The notes under the pieces are model-generated. The model was not told where the DNA came from. It saw only the letters and a program-made list of their open reading frames with translations, and searched no databases. The translations under genes and the position numbers were made by a program. This document shows positions 48,111 through 58,452 of a stretch of 64,000 nucleotides of DNA, one piece after another (the stretch's first letter is position 1; every line of letters begins with the position of its first letter). This DNA is from Alphaproteobacteria bacterium (GTDB taxonomy: Bacteria; Pseudomonadota; Alphaproteobacteria; JAAXGF01): contig CAUVXB020000002.1 in NCBI GenBank assembly GCA_963555825.3, positions 672,001 through 736,000 of the forward strand, in the 5' to 3' direction.

Positions 48111-50630
48111 TCAGCCGCGGCGCAGGAATGCCGGTATCTCCAGCAACTCCGCTTTGTTGTCGTGGCCGTTGCCGCGTGGCGGTGCCATGACCTGTTCCGG
48201 CTCTACGGACACGTCATGGTCGCCCGCGTCGGCGGCGGGTGGGCCGGCCACTTCCGGCGCGGACGCCGCAACCGGGAGCGTTGCATCCGCGTTCATGGCC
48301 GAGGCGATTGCCGCGGCGCGGCGTTCGGCCACGGCGGGAGCATCGATGCTCTCGACGATGCCAGGAACGCTCACGTTTATGGGACACGGCGCCTCCATCG
48401 GAGTGGGTTTAGGATCATCGCCCGGTAGTGCATCGGCTTCCGTAGCGTCGTCTTGCCGGTCCTCCCCATCCGCGCCCGATGGATCGACGCTGCTGTGTTC
48501 CAGTGCGTCGACCGATGGCATATCGATCTTCGACGGTTGCTGTTCGGGGGCGGTTGTCCCCTCGTCATCAGCCAAGGCACTGTCGTTGACGGCGCCCGTA
48601 TCGAAGGCGCGGAAGCCCGGCGGCGTCCAGGCGATGGCCGCGGCGCGGCCCTCGGCCGTGACCCCGGCGGGCACATCGCCGCCGTGGGCGAAGGCGTCCT
48701 GCATCGCCTTGGCAATGTCGGCCTTCTTCCGCTTGGCCTCGGCTTGCGCCCAGGTCTCGCCCAGCGTCTCGCGGGCGATGGCGAGGATGCGGTCCTTGCG
48801 CAAGCGCGACCACAGCAGATCGGCGGTCCAGACCTGATCGCGGTTGCCTCGGACAGCGGCGGCGAAATCGATGTCGAGCCGGGCCACGGTCGCTTCGACC
48901 TCGGGCCGGGCTTTGGGTTCGAACGCCAGTTGACCCTTCAGCGTGCGCGCGACACAGGACGCGAACAGGGTCCTTTTGTCCCGTTCGGGAAGCGCCCGCA
49001 GTTCAGCGAAGGCCTCGGCTTCGGGCAGGCCGGCCCAGTCGAGCTTTTGCGCGGCACGGTCGATCTCAAGGTGCTTCTCACCGACATTGATGTCGCCGAA
49101 CGCATCGTCGTTGACCCGCATGGCCGGACGGTCCGGGGTCTCGGCCGCCCTGATATCGAGTGCGTCATCATGGTAGCCGGTGGTGAACACGCTCCGGGCA
49201 AGCTGGAGCAGCAGGAGATCGAAGGCCGCCTCGAAGTCGCAGGCGAGCTGGCTCTTGATGATGGCCGTGCGGATGGCCCGCAAGTCGTCGGCGAGGCCGA
49301 TGCCGACGCCCGCTTCCTTGCGCGCCTCGGCTTCCGCATCGCCGAGCGAAGCGAGGGGAGCCGCAAGTGTGGGAGCCTCGATGCTGGAACTGGCGCTCTC
49401 CCCGTCGCCGGTATCGTCTTGTCCGGCCATGTTCGCATCGTTGGATTCGCGCGCGGGCATGTCCTCGGGCCTGACCAGGCCCTGGATCAGTTTGAGTTCG
49501 CCGTCGTTGCCGACGGTGGCGATGCACCCGGCGATGGCGATATCCTCGCGCCGGTAGACCGCGCGGGCCTCGATCATGGCCTCGATCTCGTCGAGCCGCT
49601 CTTCGTTGCCCTCGGCTTCCTCCACCAATTCTTCGGTCCAGCCGTCGTCGTCCATGTTGGCGAGTTCGTCGTTACGGGTCCGGAGGCGTTCGATCTCGGC
49701 CTTCTCTTCGTCCGTGGGCTCGGCCGGTTGCGGGCGTACCCGCCCGAAAGCGGCGGTGGCGCTCCAGTCCACGTCTAGCCGCGCCTCGGCCCATTTCCAG
49801 CGCGTCTCCAGTTCCCTCGCCGCCGCCTGGAGGCTGTCCATGGCGAGTTTGTTCAAGAGATTAGGATCGTCGAACCAGATCCCTCGCTCGTCCTCCTCGG
49901 CGAACAGGTCGCGGTCGATCCTGCCGCCCGCCGCCTCGTAAGCCTCAAGGCCGACGAAATGCACGATTGCGGAGGTGGCCGGAACCCGGTCCTCGGTCAG
50001 CAGGCGCTTGATCTGCCAGGCGCCAGGCCGGTAGCCCTGTTGGCTCACCGTCTCCCAGACCACGCTCTGGCGCGCCTGATCCGTGGTGACGGCGAAGGCC
50101 ATCAATGTGTTCAGATCGATCTCGCCTGCCCGGTAGGCCTCAAGCAGCACCGGTGCAGCGTTGCCGAGCCTCAGCCGCTTCTCCACGGTGCGCTCCGAGA
50201 CCCCGAAGCGGGCAGCGATGGCGGCCGCCGTGCTGCCTGCATCGGCCAGGCGGCGGAACGCCTCGACCTGATCGGCCGGGTGCATGGCGGCGCGGACACT
50301 GTTCTCGGCCAGCGAAACTTCTTCGGCTGCCACGATATCTCCGATCATCCGGCAGGGCACGGGGTGGTCCTCTTCCAGCGCGCCCTCGGCGGCCAGCGCC
50401 TGCATCGCGGCAAGCCGCCGCCCGCCGGCGATCACCGCGTAGCGCCCGGGGCCATCCGCGCCGGGTCCCATGGAACGGGCAATCAGGTTCTCAAGCAGCC
50501 CGTGGGCTGCGATCGAGGCCTTGAGCTCGGTGAAGGCCGAATCATCGGCCGGCGTCTTGCGCGCATTGTCGGGTGAGAGTTCGAGTTGGGACAGCGGGAT
50601 GTCAGAGATATCGCGTTCGGGGTCGTGCAT
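48111..50630 (-). CDS. long ParB/RepB/Spo0J-family protein of a conjugative element
   Basis: ELKASIAAHGLLENL, IAGGRRLAA, SLAENSVR and HTH IAARFGVSERTVEKRLRL, with a long acidic C-terminus. Confidence 0.9.
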   Translation of the reverse strand: MHDPERDISDIPLSQLELSPDNARKTPADDSAFTELKASIAAHGLLENLIARSMGPGADGPGRYAVIAGGRRLAAMQALAAEGALEEDHPVPCRMIGDIVAAEEVSLAENSVRAAMHPADQVEAFRRLADAGSTAAAIAARFGVSERTVEKRLRLGNAAPVLLEAYRAGEIDLNTLMAFAVTTDQARQSVVWETVSQQGYRPGAWQIKRLLTEDRVPATSAIVHFVGLEAYEAAGGRIDRDLFAEEDERGIWFDDPNLLNKLAMDSLQAAARELETRWKWAEARLDVDWSATAAFGRVRPQPAEPTDEEKAEIERLRTRNDELANMDDDGWTEELVEEAEGNEERLDEIEAMIEARAVYRREDIAIAGCIATVGNDGELKLIQGLVRPEDMPARESNDANMAGQDDTGDGESASSSIEAPTLAAPLASLGDAEAEARKEAGVGIGLADDLRAIRTAIIKSQLACDFEAAFDLLLLQLARSVFTTGYHDDALDIRAAETPDRPAMRVNDDAFGDINVGEKHLEIDRAAQKLDWAGLPEAEAFAELRALPERDKRTLFASCVARTLKGQLAFEPKARPEVEATVARLDIDFAAAVRGNRDQVWTADLLWSRLRKDRILAIARETLGETWAQAEAKRKKADIAKAMQDAFAHGGDVPAGVTAEGRAAAIAWTPPGFRAFDTGAVNDSALADDEGTTAPEQQPSKIDMPSVDALEHSSVDPSGADGEDRQDDATEADALPGDDPKPTPMEAPCPINVSVPGIVESIDAPAVAERRAAAIASAMNADATLPVAASAPEVAGPPAADAGDHDVSVEPEQVMAPPRGNGHDNKAELLEIPAFLRRG

Positions 50631-50829
50631 GTCGGTCTCCGGGATTGCGTGAATGCGGAACCGGGCGGGGACACCCTCTTCGGCATCCGCCCTCGCCCGC
50701 CTTTGGCTCAAGCTCTCGCTCTCGGCGACGTAACGGAACCGGATGGGGCCGGAACGGCTGGACCGTGCAAAGACAGTTGAAGCCATCGCCGCCGATACTG
50801 CGCCGGGCAGGCCGCCATGGGCAGGCGCG

Positions 50830-51290
50830 GTGCTGGTTCGATACCCGCCACGCGGCGTCGGGCTGACGGCAGACGCTGCCGTGGGCTTGCTCGGGGCGTC
50901 TGTCGATGGTCACGGTGGGCTGATATTCCCGACAGTTGATGCCGTCGGCGGTCGATCTTTAGGTGCGCGTCGGCGTAATCACCCCCGCGTTGCCAGTATT
51001 GGGATTGTGCCAGGCCCCGCTTGGACGGATCTCCAGCGCTGCTTGCCGCGTGCGGGCCGCATACAGCTTGTCGAGCGAGGCGCCGATCCCGCTGCCGGGA
51101 AACAACCCCGCCATGGTTCCCGCCACCGAGGCCGCGATCCCGAGCTTGCCGCTGTCGGCCGTGGATCAGAGCACGCCTCCGGCGAATCCGTGGAGCCCCC
51201 GCGTCAGCCATCCGCTTCACCCATGATAGCCGGTCATGCAGCCGGCCAGAAACTGCACCGCGACTACAGCGATCGTCCGGCGGGGCAGCG
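50830..51290 (-). pseudogene. 17-kDa surface-antigen-like lipoprotein pseudogene
   Basis: FLAGC lipobox, glycine zipper ...GIGASLD, WHNPNTGNAG, CREYQPTVTID and GSVCRQPDAAWR, with several stops. Confidence 0.7.
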
Positions 51291-51442
51291 AAAGCTGTTC
51301 TCTCGCGCTCTTTCCCGCCGCCCGAAAGGGCCCATTCTCATTCTCTCGCCGGCGCGTCAGGATCTGGCGGAGGCTGCGCGCCTGTTGGGTAATGTCCACG
51401 CTTGTGGGCCGGCCCAGGATCGACGCCCGGGTCTGTCGGTGC

Positions 51443-52312
51443 TCAGGTCTTAACCTTCGGGATGTCTTCCCAACGGGTTGTGTAGCTGGGCAAGCGGAAC
51501 GCACTGCTCGACCGCCAGGCCGCGGCCTGCGCCGCTGGGCCGAATTGGATCGCTCCCGGCCCCAACCTTTCGTTGATGGCGTCGAATGCTTCGATCAGCT
51601 TGTCGTCCCTTGGATCCTGCGTATCGAATAGGGAAACTTGCGCTTGCCCGGCCTCGACGAGGTCGAGCAGCATCACCCCGGCGCGCTTGTACGCCAGCCC
51701 CTCGCGGTAGATGTGCTTCAGAGCGGCCAGTGCGGCTCGCACGACATGCCTCGTGTTATTGGTCGCTGGTGAAAGCGCCTCTGAGCGGGACGGAGCATGG
51801 TGCGGGGTTTTGCCGAAACGGTTGGTCTCGATGAACACGCTCACCGAGGTTGAGACCAGATTGGCCCTGCGAATGGAGCGCGCCGCATCGGTCGCGAACA
51901 TGGTGATCGCATTGGCCAACTCGTCGTAGTCGCGCACTTCCGCACCGAAGGACCGGGAGACCATCGTCGTTTGCTTGGGCTGGGGCATGTTATCGAAGCC
52001 TATACAGTCCTCGCCGCGCAATTCCCGCACCGTCTTCAGCCCGCCGACGCCCATCTCCTTGCGCACCCAGCCATCGGGCCGCTGCGCGAGATCGAGAGCC
52101 GTCATAACGCCGTTGCGGTTGAGTTTCTTGGCGTACTGCCTGCCGATGCCCCAGATTTCGCCGACTTCCGTTGACGCCAGCGCCCTGTCGCGCCAGCGCT
52201 CGCCGGTGAGATTGAGAACGCCGTCCGTTTTGGCGGAGGTCTTCGCGGGACGGAAGACCCTTTCGCAGGAGACGAAGAAGTTGTTGCAGTCGGCCAGTCC
52301 GTAGATGCTCAT
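51443..52312 (-). pseudogene. umuC: Y-family polymerase UmuC with a large in-frame deletion
   Basis: LADCNNFFVSCERVFRP joined directly to AKTS...VGEIWGIGR. C-terminus SRSFG, YKRAGV and PSYTTRW is present. Only 289 aa. Confidence 0.85.
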
Positions 52313-52561
52313 GGCAGGCTCCGCACCACACCGGCAACGACGCCCCAGACGTGGGCCTCCTCGCCATCAAGGGCGGTGAACGGACGGGCGGTCAACTCGC
52401 CCTCGATTACCGCGATGACGATGGAGCCAGCGCCCGGCGTGCGCGAACGGTCGACGATCAGGGTATCGCCGGTAAGGATCCCGTGTTCGGCCATGCCGCC
52501 GCCCTCGACCGTGACAAAGAATGTCGCCGCAGGACGCTTTATGAAATGATCGTCGAGGCTA

Positions 52562-53737
52562 ATACCAGTGAGCCTATGAAATCACCTTCATGATCCATGG
52601 ATAGGCGCAGAGGGTTCGCATACGATCCGGTTCTGCGATGAGGTCGATCCATGCTTGGCAACAGGCGTCGATGATGGCCTCGGTGTCGTCGAGGACGCGG
52701 AGCGATAGGAAGCGTTCGCGTAGGTAGAGCCAAACCCGCTCGACGGGGTTGAGTTCGGGACTGTAAGGCGGCAACAGCGCCAAGGTGACGTTGTCGGGGA
52801 CGGTGAGGGCGCGCTCGTCGTGCCAACCGGCGCCGTCGCACATCATGACGGCGTGCGCATCCTGGTCCAGGGTATCGGCGAAGTGTGCGAGAAACAGGTC
52901 CATGACCTTGGCGTTGACGCTCGGCATCACCAGGGTGACGTCGTCGCCGGTGTCCGGGCGCACGGCGGAGAAGATGTAGGCCCACTGGTAGCCGATTTGA
53001 CGCGTCCCGGGGGCACGCTCGCCCCTGCGCCACCACCGGTGACACACCCGGCCCTTGTTGCCGACGCGCGCTTCATCCTGAAACCACAGCTGTAGGCGCT
53101 TGTCGGGATGCGCCGCGGCGGTCGCCTTCAGGATGTCGCGAAGCCCCCTTTTTTGAAGCGCTCCTGCGCTTCGGCGTCCCTTCGCGGGTGGCTCGGGCGC
53201 GCCTTCTGGCGGGAAAATCCCATCCGCCGTAGAACCCGGGTCATGCTCGAGGGGTGGTAGGTCTTGGCGAAGCGCTCCTCCAGCCAGCGGCACAGATCGG
53301 CCCGGGTCCAGGCGCAAACCCCGTCGCGCTCAGGCTCCGGCCCGGCGATGATGACCGCCGCCAGCGCCGCTTCCTCGTCTGCCGTCAGCCGCCGCGGCGA
53401 GTAGCCCTTTGGACGGTCGTGAAGCCCCTCCAATCCCTTTGCATTGTAACGAACAACCGCGTCGCGAAGCGTTTGGCGATCCATCCCCGCAAGCCGCGCG
53501 GCATCAGCCCGGGGCATCTCCTCCAAAGCATTCGCGATCCCATAGGCCCGCGCCGCCGCTCGACCGTACGATTCCACGCGAGCCCAGCGCCGAAGCTCCA
53601 AAGGCGTCAAATCATCCCGTATCTTGAGTGCTGATCCCATGACATCCCCCACATCTGGTGGGAGACCATAGAATCACAATCCGCCATCATCCGCCATCAA
53701 TGAATATCCCGAGAGTCAATTCAGGCGCTCACTGGTA
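52562..53737 (-). mobile_element. IS630-family element, copy 2 (1176 bp)
   Basis: Near-identical to 32702-33877; one P/R difference seen. TA duplicated at 52560-52561 and 53738-53739. Confidence 0.93.
52574..53640 (-). CDS. IS630 transposase (programmed frameshift)
   Basis: Same two-ORF arrangement as copy 1. Confidence 0.88.
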
Positions 53738-54694
53738 TAAGACTCGTCGTGGGGGTGACTACGGTGAACATCAGGCAATGCCTGTAAATTTCCCTTGTCG
53801 GCGCCGGCGGCGATTAACTTGGTTTGGCGGTAGAATACATCCAGCACATCGGTTCAAGTAGAACGACGTGAAAAGGGAAACGGCAAACTGGCGTGTAACA
53901 GTGGCAATCAGTTGTACCAGCCGGGCCAGGCGGCAGTATAAGAGGCTTGAAATCGAATTGCCCAAAGGCAACTCAGTGGGCCGGACTCGACATAGCGTCA
54001 GAAACGACGCTCGATGGCATCGAACCATGTCTGGAACCGACACGGCAGCGACGTCAATTCTGCGGAGAAGTCGACGCGACGCTGATAGAGAAGGGACATC
54101 ATCTTTGCGCTGGGCTTGACAATCGCGACCTCTTCGAATCCGCCAGACTCAAGCCCTGACCGAATGCATTCCGCGACCGCGTTCTGGCCATTATCGTCGT
54201 TGGTGTCATAGGTCGATAGCTGTATTAGTCGGAATTAACCGGCGAGGTGAATTTCCCACCAAGGAAGCAAACAGATGATTTCGACGAGTCCCCGTCGAGA
54301 CCCGCCCGCCCAACCAGTTCGAAGCAGAACCGCAGGGGCCCGAATGTCGCGGTAAAGCGAGGCGCGCCCCCGCTTTCTGTGAAATTACCGCGACTCCCCT
54401 AACTGTTTGTATTTGTTTCGCTTTCGGCTGTCAAGATGCGCTCGCGGCGGACGCACGAATCCATGCGTTCCCTTGAGTCCAGGGCGATCCGCGGCCCGCC
54501 CCGGTCACGCCGGCCGCACGCGAAAAGTCGGCCAATGCGTTGCGTTGACGGGCTGTCCTGCCGGGGATTTTTCCGGGCCCACGCGGCTCATAAGGCGCCA
54601 CGGTCCCCCAAACCGGAACGGTCCACGCGCGCGGTTCCCAATCAGGAGACGCGCGTCTCCGGCGCGATGGCCGGAACGGAAAAAACCGAGCCCG

Positions 54695-55465
54695 TTACTC
54701 GGCCAGCACCGGAACCGCCGCCAGCGCCTCCGGCGGGGCCGGCGTTCCGCGCAGACCCTTCTTGACGTAGCGGGTGCTGTATCCGTTGAACAGGTGGCCG
54801 AGCAACCCGCGGTCGAGGTCCGACGTGCCGAACAGCCAGTCGGCGATGGGGAAGGTCAGGTTCATGTTCGTTTCCATCATGATTCGCGTGTTGTGATGGG
54901 CAAAATGATGGCGCCGCAGCGTATTGACGAACGGACAGTTCCTGACGAACCCGTTCTCTTCCACATGGCAGCAGAAGTGCATGAACTCGTAGACCAGGTA
55001 CATACCCGTGGTCGTGCAGATCACCAGCCAGCCGACATTCGATGTGACCACCAAGCCGATGACCAGCGCCGGTGGTAGGGACAACATGATGAAGGTTACC
55101 AGGGCGAAGGGCGGGAACACGGTGACCCGCCAGTCCTTGTGATCGCGGAACCGCATCTCCGTGTCGGTGAAGAATTGGTGGTGGTTCAGGGTGTGCCGGC
55201 TGTATATGGCGCGCAGCCCACGCACGTTGATCGGGCGATGCATGACGAAGCGATGCAGGGCCCACTCGAATATATTGCACACCAGGAATACGACCGGGAT
55301 TGTCCCCCACTCCCACCACAGCACGGCATCTATGTGCGGGACGTAGTAGTAAAACGCCGCCGCCCCCATGGCATAGATGATCAGGACGTGAAAATACCCG
55401 TTGTACCAGCCGACAATCCGCGCGCGGTATTCCTTGCGGAAACCTGCCTGTCGCGCACCCAACAT
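54695..55465 (-). CDS. fatty acid hydroxylase / sterol desaturase family membrane protein
   Basis: His boxes HRFVMH, HTLNHH, HFCCH and HHFAHH, plus DWLFGT and TM helices. Confidence 0.9.
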   Translation of the reverse strand: MLGARQAGFRKEYRARIVGWYNGYFHVLIIYAMGAAAFYYYVPHIDAVLWWEWGTIPVVFLVCNIFEWALHRFVMHRPINVRGLRAIYSRHTLNHHQFFTDTEMRFRDHKDWRVTVFPPFALVTFIMLSLPPALVIGLVVTSNVGWLVICTTTGMYLVYEFMHFCCHVEENGFVRNCPFVNTLRRHHFAHHNTRIMMETNMNLTFPIADWLFGTSDLDRGLLGHLFNGYSTRYVKKGLRGTPAPPEALAAVPVLAE

Positions 55466-55503
55466 CGTTCAGTCCTCCTGTACTTCGGCGGCGCCTGCGG
55501 CGG

Positions 55504-56403
55504 TCATGGCGACGCTTCCCACGTCTCCTCCTGCTGCAAGGCGAAGATCGAGGTATAGCCGCCGGACCAGTCCGGGGGAACCAGGCACGGCCGCGGGTCG
55601 TGGTCGGCCCAGCGCACCGACTCGCCGCGCACGATCTCCTGGTCGTATTTGGAACGGAGCGGGTTCGCCGTGTATGGAAAGGCGTCCGCCGCGGCGTAGA
55701 CGTTCAGCAACAGGGGCCGGGCCTCGTCCGAGTTGTTGGGCCGCGAGCCGTGGATGGTCCGGCAGTTGTGAACCGTGACCGAGCCCGGCGGGCCATGGAG
55801 ATACACCATCTTCGCCACGTCGAACCCGGCGGCGTCTTCGTCCGACAGACACCCGATCCACTCGCCTTTGTCGTTGTACTGGTCGTAGAGGGGCCCGTTA
55901 TGGCTCCCCTTGATGACGCCCAACGGGCCCTGCTCCATGGTGCAGTCGTACAGATAGGTGCCAAGGGTGCACGGGCTGTAATTGGTGTGCGGCCAGAATC
56001 CGATGTCCTGATGCCACTTCACTTCCTCGCCGGCACGGGCCCATTTGAAATTCAGCTTCGAGTGATGGAACTTGACGTTGGGACCGACCAGGTCGGCGAC
56101 GATGTCGGGGAGAACGGAGCGCGACGCGAACTCCCAATACGTGGGATGGTGGTCGTTCGGGCTGGAGAGTCGCCTGAGCCGCGGCGTCTCGGCACTGTGC
56201 CCGCTCTCGAGGTCCCACACCGCGTCCGATTGCGTTACCTGCCTACTGTCTTCGACCATCTGGTTGGTGACCGCGCGGAGCCGCTCCAGCCATTCGTCGG
56301 AGACGACCTTTTCGAGTAGCAGATAGCCGTCCGCGAAATAGGATTCCCGCTGCTTTTCCGTAAGAACCTTGGGTCGGATAGACAGGACTTGGTCAGGGGT
56401 CAT
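55504..56403 (-). CDS. phytanoyl-CoA dioxygenase (PhyH) family Fe(II)/2OG oxygenase
   Basis: YFADGYL, WHQD (HxD), IKGSH and HNCRTIHGS...R motifs. Confidence 0.9.
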   Translation of the reverse strand: MTPDQVLSIRPKVLTEKQRESYFADGYLLLEKVVSDEWLERLRAVTNQMVEDSRQVTQSDAVWDLESGHSAETPRLRRLSSPNDHHPTYWEFASRSVLPDIVADLVGPNVKFHHSKLNFKWARAGEEVKWHQDIGFWPHTNYSPCTLGTYLYDCTMEQGPLGVIKGSHNGPLYDQYNDKGEWIGCLSDEDAAGFDVAKMVYLHGPPGSVTVHNCRTIHGSRPNNSDEARPLLLNVYAAADAFPYTANPLRSKYDQEIVRGESVRWADHDPRPCLVPPDWSGGYTSIFALQQEETWEASP

Positions 56404-56541
56404 GGCAATTTCCTCCTGCCGGACGATTACCGCGGCACGGTCTTCCCGGCCCCGCGAACGGGCCCCTGATGGTACATCCCGTTCTGATATATTACCAATA
56501 CATCAGAACGGGTCCCGCCGTCAATATCCGCCATGCCGATG

Positions 56542-57864
56542 CTACTTGAACCCGAGGACCTGGGCCGGCAACCACAAAACCAACGGCGGATACGCGGCAA
56601 CGCTGGCCAGGGTGATGAGCTGCAGCACGACGAACGGGATAACCCCCCTGAACATCTGCGTAAGGGTGATCTCCGGCGGGCTGATGCCTCTCAGGTAAAA
56701 GATCGCCGGCGCCATCGGCGGCGTGAGGTAGCTGGTCTGGATGACGATCAGGAACAGGACGCAGAACCAAACGGGGTCGAATCCGAACCCGGTGACCAAC
56801 GGGATGAACACCGGGATGAAGATCAACAGCACGGAGATCCAATCCAGGAAGAACCCGGCGATGAAGGCGACCGCCAGAAACAGCAGTACCATCACCCAGG
56901 AGCTGAGCTGTGTGGACTGGACCAATTCGTTGGCCAGGGCGACGCCTCCGGCGGCCACGAAGACACCCGCGAACATGCTGCCGCCAAGCAGGATCACCAT
57001 GATCATGCAGGTAACCTTCAGTGTCCTGATCAGCGCCTCACGCAATACGCCAAGCGTGAAGGACCGGTATACGAGGGTCAGCAGGATCGAGCCCAACGCG
57101 CCAATCCCCGCCGCTTCGGTCGGAGCCGCCCAGCCAAGCACGATCGAGCCGAGCACGGCGAATATCATCGCTACGGGCGGCACCAGCGCGACCACGGTGA
57201 TCCGCAACTTTTGCACGAACGGCGGCTCGTCGGCCTGGCGCGGCAGGCGCGGCCCGGCCTTGGGGTCGATGGTGCATCGGACAAGGATGTATACAAGGTA
57301 CAGCCCGGCCATGAGCAGGCCGGGAAAGAACATGCCGACGAACAGATCGCCCACCGAGACATCCGCCACCGGTCCCATGACGACGACGACGACGGACGGC
57401 GGGATGATTGTCCCCAGCGAACCGCCGGCGCAGATGGTCCCCGAGATCAGGCCCTTGTCATAGCCGTATTTCATCATCACCGGGATGGCGAGGAGGCCGA
57501 CAACGGTCTCCGTGGCGCCGATAACGCCGGTCGACGCGGCGAAGATGACGCACATGATGATCGTGCCCAGGGCGAGGCCCCCCGGCAGGCGCCGGGTCCA
57601 CAGATGAACGGCCTCGAAAAGCTGCTCGGCGATCCCCGAGCGTTCCAGCATGGCCCCCATGAAAACGAACAACGGCACCGCCGCCAGGATAAAATTCGAG
57701 GCGACGTCGTTGACCTTCTGGACCATCTGGAAGATGACGGCGTCGCCGAAGACCATGAGCCCGAAAAAGAACGCCACGCCCATCATCGAGAAGGCGACCG
57801 GGAAGCCCAGAAACAGGGCCGTCAACAGGGCCGGGAACATGAGCAGTGACAGGTAGTCGCTCAT
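56542..57864 (-). CDS. dctM: TRAP transporter large permease
   Basis: GFPVAF, AVPLFVFMG, GSLGTIIPPS and LTPPMA motifs. Confidence 0.93.
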   Translation of the reverse strand: MSDYLSLLMFPALLTALFLGFPVAFSMMGVAFFFGLMVFGDAVIFQMVQKVNDVASNFILAAVPLFVFMGAMLERSGIAEQLFEAVHLWTRRLPGGLALGTIIMCVIFAASTGVIGATETVVGLLAIPVMMKYGYDKGLISGTICAGGSLGTIIPPSVVVVVMGPVADVSVGDLFVGMFFPGLLMAGLYLVYILVRCTIDPKAGPRLPRQADEPPFVQKLRITVVALVPPVAMIFAVLGSIVLGWAAPTEAAGIGALGSILLTLVYRSFTLGVLREALIRTLKVTCMIMVILLGGSMFAGVFVAAGGVALANELVQSTQLSSWVMVLLFLAVAFIAGFFLDWISVLLIFIPVFIPLVTGFGFDPVWFCVLFLIVIQTSYLTPPMAPAIFYLRGISPPEITLTQMFRGVIPFVVLQLITLASVAAYPPLVLWLPAQVLGFK

Positions 57865-58379
57865 CGCTCCGCCCCGTGCTCGCCGCCGCCGCGCAGCACA
57901 CGGATCGCCTTGATCAGTTCGGCCGTTCCCTGCAACGCCAGCAGCGCGAACCCGGCGAAGAAGATCATGCGGAACGGCCAGATGATCGGGTTCCACGCCG
58001 ACTCGCCCGAGGTCTCGCCGGAAAGCAGGGCGTCATAGGCGTAGATCCACAGCGCCCAGCTCAACCACCACGCCATCGGCAGGAACAGGAACAGGTATCC
58101 GATCGTGTCGACCAGCGCCCGGGTCCTGGGGGTGAATCGTTCGTAGGCGATGTCGATCCGGATATGACCGCGCTCACGCAGCGTGAACGCGGCGCCGAGG
58201 AGAAAATTCGTGCCCATGGCCATATAGGCCAGCTCGTAGGCCCAGATCGTCGGCGCATTGAAAAGATAGCGGGAAAAGACCTCGTACACGGTCGCCAGAA
58301 CCAGGGGCAGGATAACGGCCGCCCCGAGCACGCCGAAGCCGCCCGAAATACGCTCTATGAAACGGACGACGACCAGCAT
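57861..58379 (-). CDS. dctQ: TRAP transporter small permease
   Basis: YEVFSRYLFNAPTIWAYE and GHIRIDI motifs, four TM segments. Confidence 0.92.
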   Translation of the reverse strand: MLVVVRFIERISGGFGVLGAAVILPLVLATVYEVFSRYLFNAPTIWAYELAYMAMGTNFLLGAAFTLRERGHIRIDIAYERFTPRTRALVDTIGYLFLFLPMAWWLSWALWIYAYDALLSGETSGESAWNPIIWPFRMIFFAGFALLALQGTAELIKAIRVLRGGGEHGAER

Positions 58380-58416
58380 TGTCTCTTGCGGGCTGTGGTT
58401 GTCAGCGACAGGCGGA

Positions 58417-58440
58417 GTGAGGGCGCCGAAGCGCCCTCAC
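58417..58440 (-). promoter_or_regulatory. intergenic hairpin after dctP (mRNA stabiliser or partial terminator)
   Basis: GTGAGGGCGC-TTCG-GCGCCCTCAC: perfect 10-bp stem with a cUUCGg loop on the minus strand. Confidence 0.6.
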
Positions 58441-58452
58441 CCGTATGGTAGC

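Larger units (their letters stand above)
52309..53771 (-). pseudogene. umuD: UmuD/S24 peptidase-like gene interrupted by IS630
   Basis: MFTVVTPTTSL|SLDDHFIKRPAATFFVTVEG...GDTLIVDRS is restored on removing the IS. Overlaps the umuC start. Confidence 0.8.

Noticed and set aside
32702-53737. Inversion or composite transposon between the two inverted IS630 copies
   Set aside because: Each copy still has its own matching flanks (IS256 IR on both sides of copy 1, umuD on both sides of copy 2), so these are independent insertions with no rearrangement.
53820-53870. LexA box upstream of umuD
   Set aside because: GTTCAAGTAGAAC does not fit the alphaproteobacterial GTTC-N7-GTTC direct repeat.
53870-54690. 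tRNA or att site at the right boundary of the conjugative remnant
   Set aside because: No cloverleaf or T-loop consensus, and I found no direct-repeat partner by eye.
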